A stretch of 24,000 nucleotides of DNA from Phycisphaerales bacterium (lineage in GTDB: Bacteria > Planctomycetota > Phycisphaerae > Phycisphaerales > UBA1924): the NCBI GenBank assembly GCA_965228645.1, contig OZ245827.1:1911694-1935693 (forward strand), in the 5' to 3' direction. The translations under genes were made by a program, and so were the position numbers. Below are positions 22,144 to 24,000 of this stretch, piece after piece. The notes beneath the pieces are model-generated. The model saw nothing but the letters and a program-made list of their open reading frames with translations, searched no databases and had not been told where the DNA came from. Positions within the stretch are counted from its first letter, which is position 1. Each line of letters begins with the position of its first letter.

Positions 22144-24000
22144 ATGACCCCGGGCATTTGGGGCATGGATCGGCCTGTGATGCACGACACCTCTGGAACT
22201 GACGATGTCCAGCGCGTCCGCGACGCGTCGGACATCGTCCGCGTGGTGGGCGAGCACGTCGAGCTCCGCGCCAAGGGGCGCGAATACGTCGGGCTCTGCC
22301 CCTTCCACGACGACAAGAAGCCCTCGATGAATGTCGTGCCCACCAAGCAGATCTTTCATTGCTTCAGCTGCGGGGCGGGGGGCGACGTCTTCACGTTCGT
22401 GCAGGACTACCACAAGATGACCTTTCGCGAGGCGCTCAAGTTCCTGGCCGAGCGCGCGGGTCTCAAGCTCGAATCGCGCGGGCGCCGGCGCAGCGCCTCC
22501 GACGATGCCGACAGCGTGAACCGATCGGTCCTCCTGGAAGCCAACGAGCTGGCCGACAAGTTCTTCCGCTCGATCCTGCGCCACCCCGAGCACGGCCAGA
22601 AGGCCCGCGACATTATCGCACGCCGGGGCATCAGCCAGGACATGGTCGACGCCTTCGGGCTCGGGGCCGCTCCGGACCGCTGGGATGGGCTGGCGCTCTA
22701 TCTCGCGGAGAAGGGGCACAAACTCGATCCGTTCCTCAGCGCAGGCCTGCTGAAATCCTCGGAGCAGGGCAAGGGCCCCTACGACGCGCAGCGGAATCGC
22801 CTTGTCTTCCCGATCCGCGATCAGATCGGGCGCGTCATCGCCTTCGGCGGGCGCCGGATCAACGACGAAGACGAGCCCAAGTACATCAACAGCGCTGAGT
22901 CGGCGGCCTTCGACAAGTCCGCGACGCTCTTTGGGCTCGACCTTGCCAGCCGGGCGATCCAGAAAGAGGGCATTGCGGTCATCGCCGAGGGGTACACCGA
23001 CGTCATCGCCTGCCACCAGGCGGGGCTGACCAACGCGGTCGCGACGCTCGGAACAGCGCTGACGCCCAAGCACGCCAAACTGCTTCAGAGGCTCTGTCAC
23101 ACTGTGGTCCTGCTCTTCGATGGCGACGAGGCGGGCCAGAAAGCCGCGGACCGCGCGGTTGAGGTGTTCCTGACGCTTCCGATCGACGCGAAGATCGCGA
23201 CGCTGGCTGGGTTCACGGACGCCAAGGACCCGGACGAGCTTCTGAAGCGTGAGGGCGGTCTGGGCGTGCTGCGCTCGGCGATCGCCGGCGCGACCGAGCT
23301 GCTCGCGTACCGAATCGCTCGGCTGCGCTCGAGGCTGGCCAGCGCGGGCCCCGCTCAGACCGAGCGGGCGATCCGAGACGAGCTCCGCTCTCTTGGCGCC
23401 CTCGGGCTTGCGAGCGCGGACAAGGTTCGCTGGCAGTTTGTCGTGCGCCGCTTGAGTGAGCTGACCGGGCTTGACGCCCAGACGATCGCGGATCTCGTCC
23501 GCGAGGGCGCCCAGCGCGGCACGCGCGGCCCGACCTTTCAGGACCTCTCCGAGGCGGAAACAGCGCCTGCTCGTCACCGGCACAAGTCGATGAATGCGGA
23601 GATCCTCGGGTGCCTGCTGTCGCTACCGGAGCGCTGGATCTCGCTGGGCCAATCGCAGGATGACCTCAAAGCCGCGACAGAGGGATCTCCTTACGAGGCG
23701 GTCTTCGAGGCGATGCGGGACGTCGCGGAGCACACCGGGCGGACAGAGATCGCCCGGGTGGTGGACCTGATGCGTGAGCGTGAGCAGGACCACCGCGTCG
23801 TGGTGCAGCTCGAGCAGGACATCTCCCGTCGGCTCGTTGGCAACCGCGAGCAGATCGCGGAGACGCTCACGATCTGTCTGCGGAATCTCTCGCAACACGT
23901 TGCAATCATCGAACCCAAACCCGATTCCGTGGCGGACAGGTTGGCTCGATTGAAGACCATGAAAGAGCAGTCGGGGCCCAATACGCGGCTCCTGCCCCGT
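22144..24000 (+). CDS. dnaG: DNA primase, partial (3' end lies beyond the right window edge)
   Basis: The frame is open from 22144 to 24000. The track does not list it because there is no stop in the window. Zinc finger: GLCPFHDDKKPSMNVVPTKQIFHCFSCGAGGDVFTF. Further blocks are RLVFPIRDQIGRVIAFGGRR, KYINSAES..FDKSATLFG and the TOPRIM motif IAEGYTDVIACHQAG..NAVATLGTALT...VVLLFDGDEAGQKAA. Three in-frame ATGs (22144, 22165, 22180) could be the start. Confidence 0.93.
   Translation, partial: MTPGIWGMDRPVMHDTSGTDDVQRVRDASDIVRVVGEHVELRAKGREYVGLCPFHDDKKPSMNVVPTKQIFHCFSCGAGGDVFTFVQDYHKMTFREALKFLAERAGLKLESRGRRRSASDDADSVNRSVLLEANELADKFFRSILRHPEHGQKARDIIARRGISQDMVDAFGLGAAPDRWDGLALYLAEKGHKLDPFLSAGLLKSSEQGKGPYDAQRNRLVFPIRDQIGRVIAFGGRRINDEDEPKYINSAESAAFDKSATLFGLDLASRAIQKEGIAVIAEGYTDVIACHQAGLTNAVATLGTALTPKHAKLLQRLCHTVVLLFDGDEAGQKAADRAVEVFLTLPIDAKIATLAGFTDAKDPDELLKREGGLGVLRSAIAGATELLAYRIARLRSRLASAGPAQTERAIRDELRSLGALGLASADKVRWQFVVRRLSELTGLDAQTIADLVREGAQRGTRGPTFQDLSEAETAPARHRHKSMNAEILGCLLSLPERWISLGQSQDDLKAATEGSPYEAVFEAMRDVAEHTGRTEIARVVDLMREREQDHRVVVQLEQDISRRLVGNREQIAETLTICLRNLSQHVAIIEPKPDSVADRLARLKTMKEQSGPNTRLLPR

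Noticed and set aside
21979-23583. 534-aa minus-strand ORF, the largest track ORF in this region
   Set aside because: It is antisense to dnaG. The dnaG frame is missing from the track only because it has no stop in the window, and it shows the zinc finger, RNA polymerase and TOPRIM motifs.
1-24000. Search for CRISPR arrays, transposase or integrase genes, rRNA, tRNA, tmRNA, SRP RNA and a parS-like palindrome
   Set aside because: I saw no regularly spaced direct repeats, no terminal inverted repeats flanking an ORF, and no conserved RNA core motifs on either strand.

Overview
This is a high-GC (roughly 65%) bacterial chromosomal segment, densely packed with housekeeping genes on both strands. 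Several gene pairs have overlapping start and stop codons, which suggests translational coupling. A Planctomycetota-like origin is only a guess. It rests on an HExxH lipoprotein of the type I recall as DUF1570, a GERAGVRG-type palindromic element, and an rsmH-ftsL-ftsI cluster without mraZ.

Gene order:
- prfB (partial, minus strand, +1 programmed frameshift)
- a small transmembrane (TM) protein with a poly-Asp tail
- a membrane-anchored TPR protein (minus)
- valS
- an HExxH lipoprotein
- ftsI, ftsL-like, a LysM protein and rsmH (all minus)
- sppA
- lipB (minus)
- an MBL hydrolase, a SAM methyltransferase, rsfS, aroB, a ParA-like ATPase fused to a CBM48 domain, and a 416-aa partner (all plus)
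- clpX, a TM-SHOCT protein, a hypothetical protein and acyP (all minus)
- dnaG (partial)

I found no rRNA, tRNA, CRISPR array, transposase or integrase.

The most interesting locus is 15959-18756. It encodes an intact deviant-Walker-A ParA/MinD-type ATPase fused to an AMPK-beta-like carbohydrate (glycogen)-binding module. A co-transcribed protein follows that looks, by eye, like the same fold without its P-loop. This may be an undescribed cargo-positioning module.

Other points worth a second look:
- The prfB recoding site reads CTT TAA C with no internal Shine-Dalgarno (SD) sequence.
- valS carries two lineage-specific in-frame inserts. One contains a perfect 10-bp palindromic element and the other is a ~250-bp low-GC patch with A/T-ending codons.
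- Twin hairpins between convergent genes differ by a compensatory substitution.
- A LysM protein is translationally coupled inside the rsmH-ftsL-ftsI cluster.

All homology statements come from reading the translations by eye. No database search was possible.
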